This document shows positions 9,427-18,200 of a stretch of DNA of 36,809 nucleotides, one piece after another. The position numbers and the translations under genes are program-made. Every line of letters begins with the position of its first letter. The first letter of the stretch is position 1. The stretch comes from a virus. The stretch lies in the IMG/VR virus record IMGVR_UViG_3300020109_000004. One strand, 5' to 3'. The notes beneath the pieces were generated by a model, which saw nothing but the letters and a program-made list of their open reading frames with translations, had not been told where the DNA came from and searched no databases.

Positions 9427-9737
9427 TCGGCGCCGGCGATTGGGCGACCTTTTTCGGCGATGATTTCGCCGAGGCGGTGACGCTGATCGCCCCGAACGGG
9501 CCGCGCGTCGATATTCGCGGCATCTTTACGGCGGCGGGATCGACCGTCGCCGTCGATGATTTCGGCGGCGGCGTCTCGACCGTGCTGCCGACCTTGGCGG
9601 CGCCGGCCTCGGCGCTGCCGGCTTGGCTGACGCCGGATCGCGACGAGGTTGTCGCCGGCGGGAACCGTTACACGCTGCGAAAGGTCGTGCCGGATGGCAC
9701 GGGCCTTTCGCGCCTGATCCTCGAAAGGGTTTTCTAA
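9423..9737 (+). CDS. putative head-tail joining / head-closure protein
   Basis: 104 aa directly before the tail tube gene. The pattern DFAEAVTL...IRGIF......GGNRYTLRKVVPDGTGLSRLILE resembles small phage head-tail connector proteins. Confidence 0.4.
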   Translation: MIGAGDWATFFGDDFAEAVTLIAPNGPRVDIRGIFTAAGSTVAVDDFGGGVSTVLPTLAAPASALPAWLTPDRDEVVAGGNRYTLRKVVPDGTGLSRLILERVF

Positions 9738-10132
9738 TGGCGATTATGAAAGGCAAGGACGGGGCGATCACGATTGGCACCGGCGCCGGGTCGCGCCTGC
9801 TGCATGTTCAATCGTGGAACCTCGACGTCTCGGTCGATACCAACGAAACGTGGTCGATGGGCGACGAGTGGTCCGACAACGATCCGACCATCAAAAAGTT
9901 CTCGGGCTCAATCGAGTGTTATCTCGATTTCGCCGATGCCGCCCGGCCTGACGTGGGGGACGTTTTCGAGTTCAACCTCAATCCCGGCGGGCAAGAGGTC
10001 GGCACCGGCTATTTCTCGGGCCGGGCGCTTGTCACCGGCACGCCGTTTTCGTCGGCCAAGGACGGGACGCCGATTGTCTCGCTCAATTTCGCCAACAAGG
10101 GCGCCTTGACCGAGGCAACCCGCATCGCCTGA
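9737..10132 (+). CDS. major tail (tube) protein, small TP901-1/GTA g9-like type
   Basis: 131 aa starting MAIMKGKDGAITIG.., positioned before the chaperone and tape measure and followed by a strong terminator. TAATG overlap with the upstream gene. Confidence 0.6.
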   Translation: MAIMKGKDGAITIGTGAGSRLLHVQSWNLDVSVDTNETWSMGDEWSDNDPTIKKFSGSIECYLDFADAARPDVGDVFEFNLNPGGQEVGTGYFSGRALVTGTPFSSAKDGTPIVSLNFANKGALTEATRIA

Positions 10133-10157
10133 GGCGGCAATCCCGACCTGACCTCGA

Positions 10158-10198
10158 CCGCGCCCGGATGATCCGCCGGGCGCGGCTTCTGTTTCCTC
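10158..10198 (+). terminator. rho-independent terminator after tail tube gene
   Basis: 10-bp stem CCGCGCCCGG / CCGGGCGCGG with an 8-nt loop, then CTTCTGTTTCCT. Confidence 0.65.
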
Positions 10199-10221
10199 AT
10201 TCTGCCCGGAAAGGCTGCACC

Positions 10222-10563
10222 ATGTCCGACGTTCTCTCGAAAGCCCGCGCCCATTTTTCCAACATGCAACGCGCCGCGATCAGCGTTCCCGAGTGGGGCG
10301 AGGACGGCGAGCCGGCGACCTTCTACGCGCCCGCGCTGTCGATGGCGAACCGCCAAACCATCGAGCGTCGGTCCAAGGGCGACGGGACCGCGCGCCTTGC
10401 GCTGACCGTCATCCTGTTCCTGCAAAACGAGGACGGCACGCGCGCCTTTGGCGATGACGCCGCGACGCGCCGCGCCTTCGACATGGAAATCGACCCCGAC
10501 GTGATCGCCCGCGTCGCAAAAGCGATCCTGCGGATTTCCGACGAGGATGATTTGGGAAACTGA
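10222..10563 (+). CDS. tail assembly chaperone (gpG analogue)
   Basis: 113 aa between the tube and tape measure genes, with GGAAAGG Shine-Dalgarno. The ORF-track start at 10168 lies inside the terminator hairpin, so ATG 10222 is preferred. Confidence 0.6.
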   Translation: MSDVLSKARAHFSNMQRAAISVPEWGEDGEPATFYAPALSMANRQTIERRSKGDGTARLALTVILFLQNEDGTRAFGDDAATRRAFDMEIDPDVIARVAKAILRISDEDDLGN

Positions 10564-10712
10564 TCGAGGGCGACGCCGAAACGCGCGATCTTTACGGGCT
10601 GGCCTATGCCTTGGGCCTGACCTTGGGTCAGGTTCTCGACATGCCGGTCGAGGAGTTGCGCGGATGGGCGGCCTTTCTGACGTGGAAAGCCGAACAATCG
10701 AAAGGGGGGTGA
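10222..10712 (+). CDS. frameshift-extended tail assembly chaperone (gpGT analogue)
   Basis: After a -1 slip the frame stays open from 10560 to TGA 10710-10712. It encodes LIEGDAETRDLYGLAYALGLTLGQVLDMPVEELRGWAAFLTWKAEQSKGG and ends 4 nt before the tape-measure ATG. Confidence 0.5.
10554..10560 (+). promoter_or_regulatory. -1 programmed ribosomal frameshift slippery heptamer G GGA AAC
   Basis: Zero-frame codons are TTG GGA AAC TGA. The heptamer has the X XXY YYZ form (lambda G-T uses G GGA AAG) and sits at the last two sense codons. Confidence 0.6.
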
Positions 10713-10715
10713 CGC

Positions 10716-12788
10716 ATGGCCTTGCGCGATCTGGTTTTCAATATCCTTGCTCGCGACCGAACGGCGGCGGCCTTTGCTGCCGTCGAAAAGCGGCTCGGGG
10801 GCGTCACGCGCTCGGTTGACGCGGCGCAAGCCAAGATGCGGGCGTTCGGGCGGTCAACCGCCAAGCTCGGCGGTGTCATGTCGGCGTCTATGGCGCCCGT
10901 GATGCTGGCTTTCCGCGATAGCCTCGGGCTGTATGATGTGCAAATGCGCGCGCAAGCCAAGGTCGAGCAAGCGGTCAAGACGACGGGGCAGGCCGCCGGT
11001 TTCAGCGCCGCCGAGCTGTTCAAGATGGCAAGCGCGCTGCAAGGCGTGACGCGGTTCGGCGACGAGGCAATTCTCGACGGCGTGACCGCGCAACTGTTGA
11101 CCTTCGACCGTATCCAAGGCGACGTTTTCGCCCGAACGCAAGAGATGGCGCTCGATATGGCTACCGTCCTTAACGGCGATCCGAAATCCTCGGCGATCAT
11201 GCTCGGCAAAGCCTTGAATGATCCGATAAAGGGGCTGGGCGCGCTCGGCGAGGTCGGCGTCGCCTTTTCCGAGGATCAGAAAAAGGTGATCGAGGCGCTT
11301 GTTCAAACCGGGCAAGTCGCCGAGGCTCAAGGCGCGATCCTCGACATTCTGGCGACGCAATATGGCGGGCAAGCCCGCGCTGCGGCGCTGGCCGGCCTTG
11401 GCCCGCTGGATCAGCTGAAAAACGCTTGGGGTGATCTGAAAGAGGACGTCGGGCGGGTTATCGCCTCGATCCTGCCGCCGGTCGTGACCTTCTTTCGCAC
11501 GCTGGTCGATGGCTTTCTCGCGCTGCCCGAGCCTGTCCGCAATTTCTCGATTGCGCTCGGTCTGATCGCGGTCGCGGTCGGTCCTGTGCTGGCCGGCCTT
11601 GGCGTGCTGGTCCTGACAATCGGGTCAATCTCGGCGCCGGTCCTTCTGGTGATCGCCGGGCTCGCGGCCTTCGGGGCTGCGATCTATGCCTTGTGGGAAC
11701 CGCTCAAGGGGCTTGCCGGCTTCATCGCTGACGGGTTCGTCGCGGCATGGGATGCGCTCAAGGCGGCCTTTGACATGGCAATGAATAGTCCTGTCGAGTT
11801 CGCCCGCAATCTCGCGGTTCTGCCGCTTTCGTTCAATGCGGTTGTTTTGGGCGTGCGCGCGATCGGTGCCGTTTTCGATTGGCTGTTTCCGGCGGCAATG
11901 GCCTCGATCCGCAACCTTGTCGCGGGCGTGCAAGAGTGGCTTTTGAATAAGCTCGGCGCCATTTTCGAGGGCGCAAAGGCGAAAATCCGCGCGGTCGGCG
12001 ATGCCTTTTTCGAGCTGTGGGATCGGGTTGTCGGGCACTCTTACATTCCCGATTTGGTCGATGACATCGGCGTCGAAATGCGGCGCCTTGACGGCGAAAT
12101 GGTCGATCCGGCTTTGACCGCGAACGATACTGTCGGCAATTCGTTTCGTGCCTTGGCGCAGGGCGTGGGCGGGGTTCATATGCCGGCCCTTGTCGATGGT
12201 GTTTCCGGCGAAATGGGCCGGCTTGGCGGCGAGCTGGTCGATCCTGCCGCCGCCGCGACGGGCGCGGTCGCGGGTTCGTTCGCTGATCTGACCGAGGGCG
12301 CGGTCGGCGAAATGCTGGCGCTTGCGCGCGAGGGCGAGCTTTCGATGGGGTCGTTTTTCGACACGATCCTCGAAAGCGGTTCGCGGTGGGCCGATCAGAT
12401 GATTTCGTCGGTTTTCGACCGCGTGGCGCAGGGGGCGGCCTCGGGGCTGTCGGGCATTGCTGGCAATGTTTTCGGCGGCGCGTTCGGGGGGTTCTTCGGC
12501 GGTGGCGGCGACGAGCTGTCGGCGGCCCTGTCGGCAATTCCTGGGCTCGATACCGGCGGCGAGGCCGGGGTCATCGGCGGGCGTGGCGGCATGGATCGAA
12601 ACCTAGTTCGCCTGAGGCTGTCCGAGGGTGAAAAGGTCCAAGTCACGCGGCGCGGTCAAGCGTCGGGCGGCGGGGCGCCGGTCACGGTCAACATTCACAC
12701 GCCAAACCCTGCCGCGTTCCAAGCGTCGCGAACGCAAATCGGGGCGCAGATTTCGCAGGCGGTGGCGATGGGGCAAAGGGGCAGCTAA
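10716..12788 (+). CDS. tail tape measure protein
   Basis: 690 aa, Ala/Gly-rich and helical with central hydrophobic segments, in the canonical position after the chaperone pair. Confidence 0.85.
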   Translation: MALRDLVFNILARDRTAAAFAAVEKRLGGVTRSVDAAQAKMRAFGRSTAKLGGVMSASMAPVMLAFRDSLGLYDVQMRAQAKVEQAVKTTGQAAGFSAAELFKMASALQGVTRFGDEAILDGVTAQLLTFDRIQGDVFARTQEMALDMATVLNGDPKSSAIMLGKALNDPIKGLGALGEVGVAFSEDQKKVIEALVQTGQVAEAQGAILDILATQYGGQARAAALAGLGPLDQLKNAWGDLKEDVGRVIASILPPVVTFFRTLVDGFLALPEPVRNFSIALGLIAVAVGPVLAGLGVLVLTIGSISAPVLLVIAGLAAFGAAIYALWEPLKGLAGFIADGFVAAWDALKAAFDMAMNSPVEFARNLAVLPLSFNAVVLGVRAIGAVFDWLFPAAMASIRNLVAGVQEWLLNKLGAIFEGAKAKIRAVGDAFFELWDRVVGHSYIPDLVDDIGVEMRRLDGEMVDPALTANDTVGNSFRALAQGVGGVHMPALVDGVSGEMGRLGGELVDPAAAATGAVAGSFADLTEGAVGEMLALAREGELSMGSFFDTILESGSRWADQMISSVFDRVAQGAASGLSGIAGNVFGGAFGGFFGGGGDELSAALSAIPGLDTGGEAGVIGGRGGMDRNLVRLRLSEGEKVQVTRRGQASGGGAPVTVNIHTPNPAAFQASRTQIGAQISQAVAMGQRGS

Positions 12789-13444
12789 TGGCGGCTGATT
12801 TTCTTGACGTCGAGTTTCCGCGCTCGGTCGCTCAAGGAACGCGGGGCTTTATCGAGCGGCGAACCAACGTCGCCGCTCTTGCCTCGGGTTTCGAGGAACG
12901 CAATTCGCGGTGGTATCACTCGCGGCGATCTTGGAACGCCGGCCTCGGCATCCGCTCGGCGGATGATCTGGCCGCCGTTGCCGATCTTTTCGAGGATGCG
13001 CGCGGGATGCTGTCGGGTTTCCGGTTCCGCGATTGGACCGATTACAAGTCATGCAAGCCGAGCGGCGCCCCGGCGCCGAGCGATCAGAATATCGGCACCG
13101 GCGACGGCGTGACCGTCTCTTTCCGCCTGCGGAAACGATATGGAACCTTGCGGCCCTACTGGCGCCCGATCACGAAACCCGAGCGCGGGACGGTTCGCGT
13201 CGCGCGCGGCGGGGTCGAGGCGGGCGCCGGCTGGTCGGTCGATCACCTGTCGGGGGTCGTGACCTTCACGACGCCGCCGGCGGCGGGCGTGCCGATCACG
13301 GCGGGCTTTCGGTTCTTTGTCCCTGTCCGGTTCAATTCCGACGTCATCGGGCATGATCTGAATTATTTTCGCGATGACATAACCGGATCGGGCGCGGTTC
13401 CTGACGTGTCCTTAGTCGAGGTGCGAGACGATCTTGATACCTGA
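12788..13444 (+). CDS. distal tail protein, RcGTA g12-like (DUF2460 pattern)
   Basis: Starts FLDVEFPRSVAQGTRG..ERRTNV..LASGFEERNSRW...GFRFRDWTDYKS, which matches my memory of the TIGR02217/DUF2460 family. TAATG overlap with the tape measure gene. Confidence 0.8.
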   Translation: MAADFLDVEFPRSVAQGTRGFIERRTNVAALASGFEERNSRWYHSRRSWNAGLGIRSADDLAAVADLFEDARGMLSGFRFRDWTDYKSCKPSGAPAPSDQNIGTGDGVTVSFRLRKRYGTLRPYWRPITKPERGTVRVARGGVEAGAGWSVDHLSGVVTFTTPPAAGVPITAGFRFFVPVRFNSDVIGHDLNYFRDDITGSGAVPDVSLVEVRDDLDT

Positions 13445-13451
13445 TTTCCTG

Positions 13452-13625
13452 ATGATGCCGGCGGCGGTCCTGATCGGCTGGTCGCTTGGCCGTTATACGC
13501 TGGTCCGCACGGTGACGCGGGCCGTCATAATCGAGCGCGTGCGCGCCCAGCTCGGGCCGGGCTTCATCGCGCCCCGGCGGGCGCCTGTCGATCCGCGCCG
13601 GGTCAAAAAGAGGGGGTCAAGATGA
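13452..13625 (+). CDS. small hypothetical membrane protein
   Basis: 57 aa with N-terminal hydrophobic MMPAAVLIGWSLG and a basic C-terminus. Fills the g12-like/g13-like gap and ends in an ATGA overlap with the next gene. Confidence 0.35.
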   Translation: MMPAAVLIGWSLGRYTLVRTVTRAVIIERVRAQLGPGFIAPRRAPVDPRRVKKRGSR

Positions 13626-14473
13626 CCGCGACGACAACCGCCGGCGCATGGATTGTCAGGCGGCGCGATGGCCGGGCCTTCGGGTTCTGCGACCATGACC
13701 GCGCCTTGACCGTGCAAGGCGTCTCTTGCGAGCCCTCGGCGGCGCTGGCGCCGAGTGAAGCGACCGCCGCAATCGGGCTTGCGCCGGATGAAATGGACGC
13801 CGCCGGCGGCCTGTCATCGGCGACCCTGACCGAGCGCGACATTGCCGCCGGCCTATGGGATGGCGCCGAGGTCGAGGCGTTCGACGTCGATTGGACCTCG
13901 GGCGCGGCGACGCGGCTCGGGCGGTTCACGCTCGGCGGGATCGAGCGCGCCGCCGGCGGGTTCCGCGCCGAGCTGCGGTCGCGGGCCGCCGGTCTGGATC
14001 GACCGCAGGGGCGAACCTTTCTGGCGAGCTGCGACGCGCGGCTCGGCGACGGTCGCTGTCGGGTCGATCTGGCGGTCGCCGGGCGCCGGGCGGTCGGAAC
14101 GGTTGTCGCGGCCTCGGGCCTGAGCGTGACGGTTTCGGGCCTCGGCGCGCTGCCGGTCGCGCATCTGGCGCGCGGGCAGGCTCGGGCGACCTCGGGCGCC
14201 GGGGTCGGGCTCGACGCGCTGGAAGTCCGGGCGGCGTCCCGATCCGGCGGTCAAACCGTCTTGAACCTCTGGCGGCGCCCGGCGGTCGCGCCGGCGGTCG
14301 GCGATCTGGTCGAGGTCACGGTCGGTTGCGACAAGGCGTTCGCGACCTGTCGGGATCGGTTCGGCAATGCCGACAATTTTCGCGGCTGTCCGCATATGCC
14401 GGGCAATACCGCCGTGACCGAATACGCCCGCCGGGGCGATCCGGGTCAGGACGGGGGGTCGCGCTTTGGCTGA
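13622..14473 (+). CDS. tail hub protein, RcGTA g13-like (DUF2163 / BR0599 pattern)
   Basis: 283 aa with C-terminal CDKAFATCRDRFGNADNFRGCPHMPG, as in the BR0599-type phage domain. Position matches GTA g13. Confidence 0.8.
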   Translation: MTATTTAGAWIVRRRDGRAFGFCDHDRALTVQGVSCEPSAALAPSEATAAIGLAPDEMDAAGGLSSATLTERDIAAGLWDGAEVEAFDVDWTSGAATRLGRFTLGGIERAAGGFRAELRSRAAGLDRPQGRTFLASCDARLGDGRCRVDLAVAGRRAVGTVVAASGLSVTVSGLGALPVAHLARGQARATSGAGVGLDALEVRAASRSGGQTVLNLWRRPAVAPAVGDLVEVTVGCDKAFATCRDRFGNADNFRGCPHMPGNTAVTEYARRGDPGQDGGSRFG

Positions 14474-14888
14474 CCTTGCTGCGCCTGACGCGGTTGTCGC
14501 GGCGGCCCGCGCGTGGGTCGGGACGCCCTATGTCCTGGGCGCGGCCCTGAGGGGTGCCGGCTGCGATTGCGTCGGGCTGATCCGGGGCGTCCTGGCCGAT
14601 CTGACCGGCGGGCCGGTCGTGCCGGTTCCGGGCTGGCGCCCCGATTGGGCGAGCGCATCGGGCCGCCCGCTCTTTTCGGCGGCGGCGCTGCATCTGGCGC
14701 CGGCGCCCCATGATCCGCGCCCCGGCGACGTGATCGCCTTTCGGGTCGGCGGGCGCGAGGCGCATGTCGGGATCATGTCGCACGGTGGCGGCGTGATCCA
14801 TGCTGCCGAGGGGCTGGGCGTGGTCGAGGTTCCGCTCGGCGGCTATGCCGACCGGATCGCCTTTCGGGTCGCCTTTCCTGCCGCCTGA
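14466..14888 (+). CDS. NlpC/P60-family cell-wall peptidase, RcGTA g14-like
   Basis: WVGTPYVLGA....GCDCVGLIRGV (catalytic Cys context) and PGDVIAF....HVGIM (His). TTG start overlaps the upstream stop. Confidence 0.8.
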   Translation: MADLAAPDAVVAAARAWVGTPYVLGAALRGAGCDCVGLIRGVLADLTGGPVVPVPGWRPDWASASGRPLFSAAALHLAPAPHDPRPGDVIAFRVGGREAHVGIMSHGGGVIHAAEGLGVVEVPLGGYADRIAFRVAFPAA

Positions 14889-14892
14889 GGGC

Positions 14893-14920
14893 TTGCGCTC
14901 TTATCCGTTTTCCGCATATG
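14893..14920 (+). promoter_or_regulatory. candidate sigma70-type promoter of the XRE moron
   Basis: TTGCGC (14893-14898), 16-bp spacer, CATATG (14915-14920). Same architecture as the promoters at 26489-26517 and 33631-33658. Confidence 0.4.
14901..14917 (-). promoter_or_regulatory. 17-bp operator copy (ATGCGGAAAACGGATAA on the minus strand)
   Basis: 16/17 identical to 26517-26533. Its 3' end forms the first half of the -10 hexamer. Confidence 0.6.
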
Positions 14921-14950
14921 TCTTGCCTGAGATATGGCAAGGGGGCCGCG

Positions 14951-15142
14951 ATGACGGGTCAAGAGTTCAAGGCGGGCCGCGAGGCGTTGGGGTTGACACA
15001 AGCGCAGCTCGCAAAGCTGTTGCAATACGGCTCGCAATCTCGGGTTGCGGAAATCGAGGGGCGGGACAAGGCGCCCGGCCCTGCCGGCGTCGCGCTGGCC
15101 GCGTTTCTTGCCGGATACCGCCCGCCCGATTGGCCGATCTGA
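14951..15142 (+). CDS. small XRE-family HTH transcriptional regulator (moron inside the tail operon)
   Basis: 63 aa MTGQEFKAGREALGLTQAQLAKLLQYGSQSRVAEIE.. is a classic Cro/CI-type HTH. It has its own promoter-like and terminator-like signals. Confidence 0.75.
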   Translation: MTGQEFKAGREALGLTQAQLAKLLQYGSQSRVAEIEGRDKAPGPAGVALAAFLAGYRPPDWPI

Positions 15143-15167
15143 CGGCTTTCGATCCTTCGATCTTTTC

Positions 15168-15199
15168 GCCCGGTTCGCATCACGCGCGCCGGGCTTTTT
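15168..15199 (+). terminator. terminator-like hairpin plus T5 after the XRE gene
   Basis: GCCCGG ... CCGGGC stem with a long loop, followed by TTTTT (15195-15199). Confidence 0.5.
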
Positions 15200-15217
15200 C
15201 GTTTATGGGGGTTTGCA

Positions 15218-18200
15218 ATGGCGACAATCGCTCTTGCCGCTGTCGGTCAGGCTATCGGCGCGCAAATCGGCGGCTCTTTCCTCGGGATCGGCGCGGCGGT
15301 TCTCGGTCAGGCCGCCGGCGCAATCGCCGGGCAGATGATCGACGCGCGCCTCAAGTCGGGCGGAACGCAAAGGGTCGAGGGGCCGCGCGTCGAATCGCTG
15401 GACGTGATGACCTCGCAAGAGGGGGCCGGCATCCCGGCCCTTGAGGGCCGATCCGCGATTGCGGGGCAAGTCATCTGGGCAACGCGCCTTGAGGAAGTCG
15501 TGACAACCTCGACCGAGCAAGTCGGCGGCAAGGGTGGCGGTCCTTCCGTTGAATCGACCGAATATGCCTATTTCGCAAACTTTGCCGTCGCGATCTGCGA
15601 GGGGCCGGTTCGCGCGTGGGGCCGGGTCTGGGCCGATGACAAGCTGATCGACCTGTCAAAGCACAACGTGCGCTTTTATCGGGGCGGCGAGCTGCAAGTC
15701 GCCGATCCGCTGATCGTGGCGAAAGAGGGCTCGGCGCCGGCATATCGCGGCCTTGCTTATCTGGTTTTCGAGCGGTTCCCGCTGGCCGATTTCGGCAACC
15801 GCCTGCCGCAAGTCAAGGTCGAGGCGTGGGGGCGGTCGGGCGAGCTTGAAACCCTGATCCGGGGCGTCGATCTTATTCCCGGCTCGACGGAATGGGGTTA
15901 CATGCCCGAGCCGGTTCGCAAGGTCACGCTGTCGGATGGCGGCGAGGTCACGGGCGAGTTTGCCGAAAACTGTCACCGATATTCGGACAAGTCCGACCTT
16001 TCGATTTCGCTCGACAACCTGTCGGGCGTGCTGCCCGAGGCTGACACGGTTGCGCTTGTGGTCGCGTGGTTCGGGACCGATCTGCGCGCCGGGCAATGCC
16101 GGATCGAGCCGAGGGTCGAGGACAAGACAAAGCAAACCGAGCCCTATTCGTGGCGCGTCGCCGGGCTAACGCGGGCGACCGCGACCGCCGTCTCGCGCGT
16201 GGGCGACAAGCCGGCTTTCGGGTCATCGCCCGATGACCGATCCGTGATCCGGGCAATTCAGGAATTGCGCCGGCGCGGAAAGCGCGTGGTGATGTATCCG
16301 TTTATGATGATGGACGTCGCCGGCGGCACGCTGCCCGATCCGGGCGGGGTCGGCACGCAAGGCGCTTATCCGTGGCGGGGCCGGATCAGGGCGACCGCCG
16401 GGCAGAATGTCGCCGCCGAGGTCGCGGCCTTTCTCGGCGCGGCGACGCCGGGGCAATTCAGCGATGCCGGCGAGGTCATCAATTACGCCGGCCCGTCGAG
16501 CGATTGGGGGTTCCGGCGCTTCATCTATCACCTTGCCGCGCTGGCCCGAGCTGCCGGCGGCGTCGATGCGTTCCTGATCGGGTCCGAAATGGTCGGCATG
16601 ACGCAATCGACGGCGGGCGGCGGGGTTTATCCGTTCGTCTCGGGGCTCAAGGAAATCGCGGCGGGCGTGCGGTCGATGCTGCCGGCGGCGCAGATTTCAT
16701 ACGCTGCCGATTGGTCCGAATATCATTCGCACCGGCCCGGCGGCCCTGAGGTCTTTTTCAACCTCGATCCGCTGTGGTCCGATCCGAATGTCGATTTCGT
16801 CGGCATCGACAATTATTTTCCGCTGGCCGATTGGCGCGACGGTTCGGATCATCTGGATTACAACGCCGAGGCGGGTCACGTCTCGCCGTATGATCTGGAT
16901 TATTTGAAATCCAACGTCGAGGGCGGCGAGTATTTCGACTGGTTCTATGCCAGCGACGCCGACCGCCGGGCGCAAATCCGAACGCCGATCACCGATGGCT
17001 TGGGCGAGCGGTGGATTTGGCAGCAAAAGGCGGTCAGGGCATGGCACGCGGCGACGCATCGCAATCGCCCAGGGGGCAACCGCAGCGCGACGCCGACGGC
17101 ATGGGTTCCGGGGTCCAAGCCGGTTTGGTTTACCGAGATTGGATGCCCGAGCGTGGACAAGGGCGCCAATCAACCGAACCTCTTTCCGTCGCTGGTGTCA
17201 TCTGAGGGCGCGTTTCCCTATTTCTCGACCGCGACGCGCGACGATTTCGCGCCCCGGCAATATCTGCGCGCGGCGCTGGAATGGTGGCGGGACAACGGCG
17301 CGGGCGTGGTGGCGCCTGCCGACGTGCTGGTCTGGGCATGGGACGCGCGGCCTTGGCCCGAGTTCCCGACGCAAAGCTCGATCTGGGCCGATGGTCCCGA
17401 TTGGACGCTCGGGCATTGGTTGAACGGTCGGGCCGGCAACGCCCCGGCGGCTGAGGCTATCGCCCGGCGGCTGACGCAATATCACGGGCTGACGCCGGGC
17501 GAGTTCGACGTTCGGGCGGCCTATGGGCAGGCTGACGGATACGCGGTCACGGGCGCGATGCCCTTTCGGGGCTATTTCTCGCCTTTCGAGGTCGGGTTGC
17601 AAATCGACGTTGCCGAGGATGGCGGCAAGCTGACCTTTCGGTCGCGGCGGGCGCTGGTGCCGGCGGGCAATCTGACCGAGGCCGATTTCATCGACGCGGG
17701 CGGGGCGCCCTACACGGCGACGCGATCCGCAATCGAGGACGTCGCCCGCGAGGCGCTGGTCGGGTTCTTCGGCGGCGACGTCGATTATCGCCGGATCGCG
17801 GCTCGGGCATCGCTCGACGCCGGCGCCGAGGATGGGGTCGCCGAGGCCGATTTGCCGCTTGTGCTGGACGTCGAGCGCGGCCTTGTCGCCGCCGAGGCGA
17901 TCATTCGGCAAGCGACCGATGGGCGCGAGTCGATCAGTTTCGCCCTGCCGCCGTCGCGGCAAGAGGTTCGACCGGGCCGCCTGATCGGCGTTCGGGTCGA
18001 TGGCGGCGAGGCGCGGCCCTTCATCGTGCAAAAGGTCACGCGGGGCGAAACGCTCAAGGTCGAGGCGCGATCCTTTGCCGAGGGTGCGCTTGCGCCGAAC
18101 GCCGCCCCGCGTCGAGCTGGCCCGGCGCCGCTGACCTTTGGCGCCCGGTCGGTCGAGGTCGTGTTTCTCGATCTGCCGATCTTGCCGGGGGTCGAGGCGC

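Noticed and set aside
10547-10819. 90-aa ORF overlapping the chaperone end and the tape-measure start.
   Set aside because: It is in the wrong frame, with Arg/Gly-rich composition. The protein-like extension is in the -1 frame reached through the GGGAAAC slippery site and stops at 10712.
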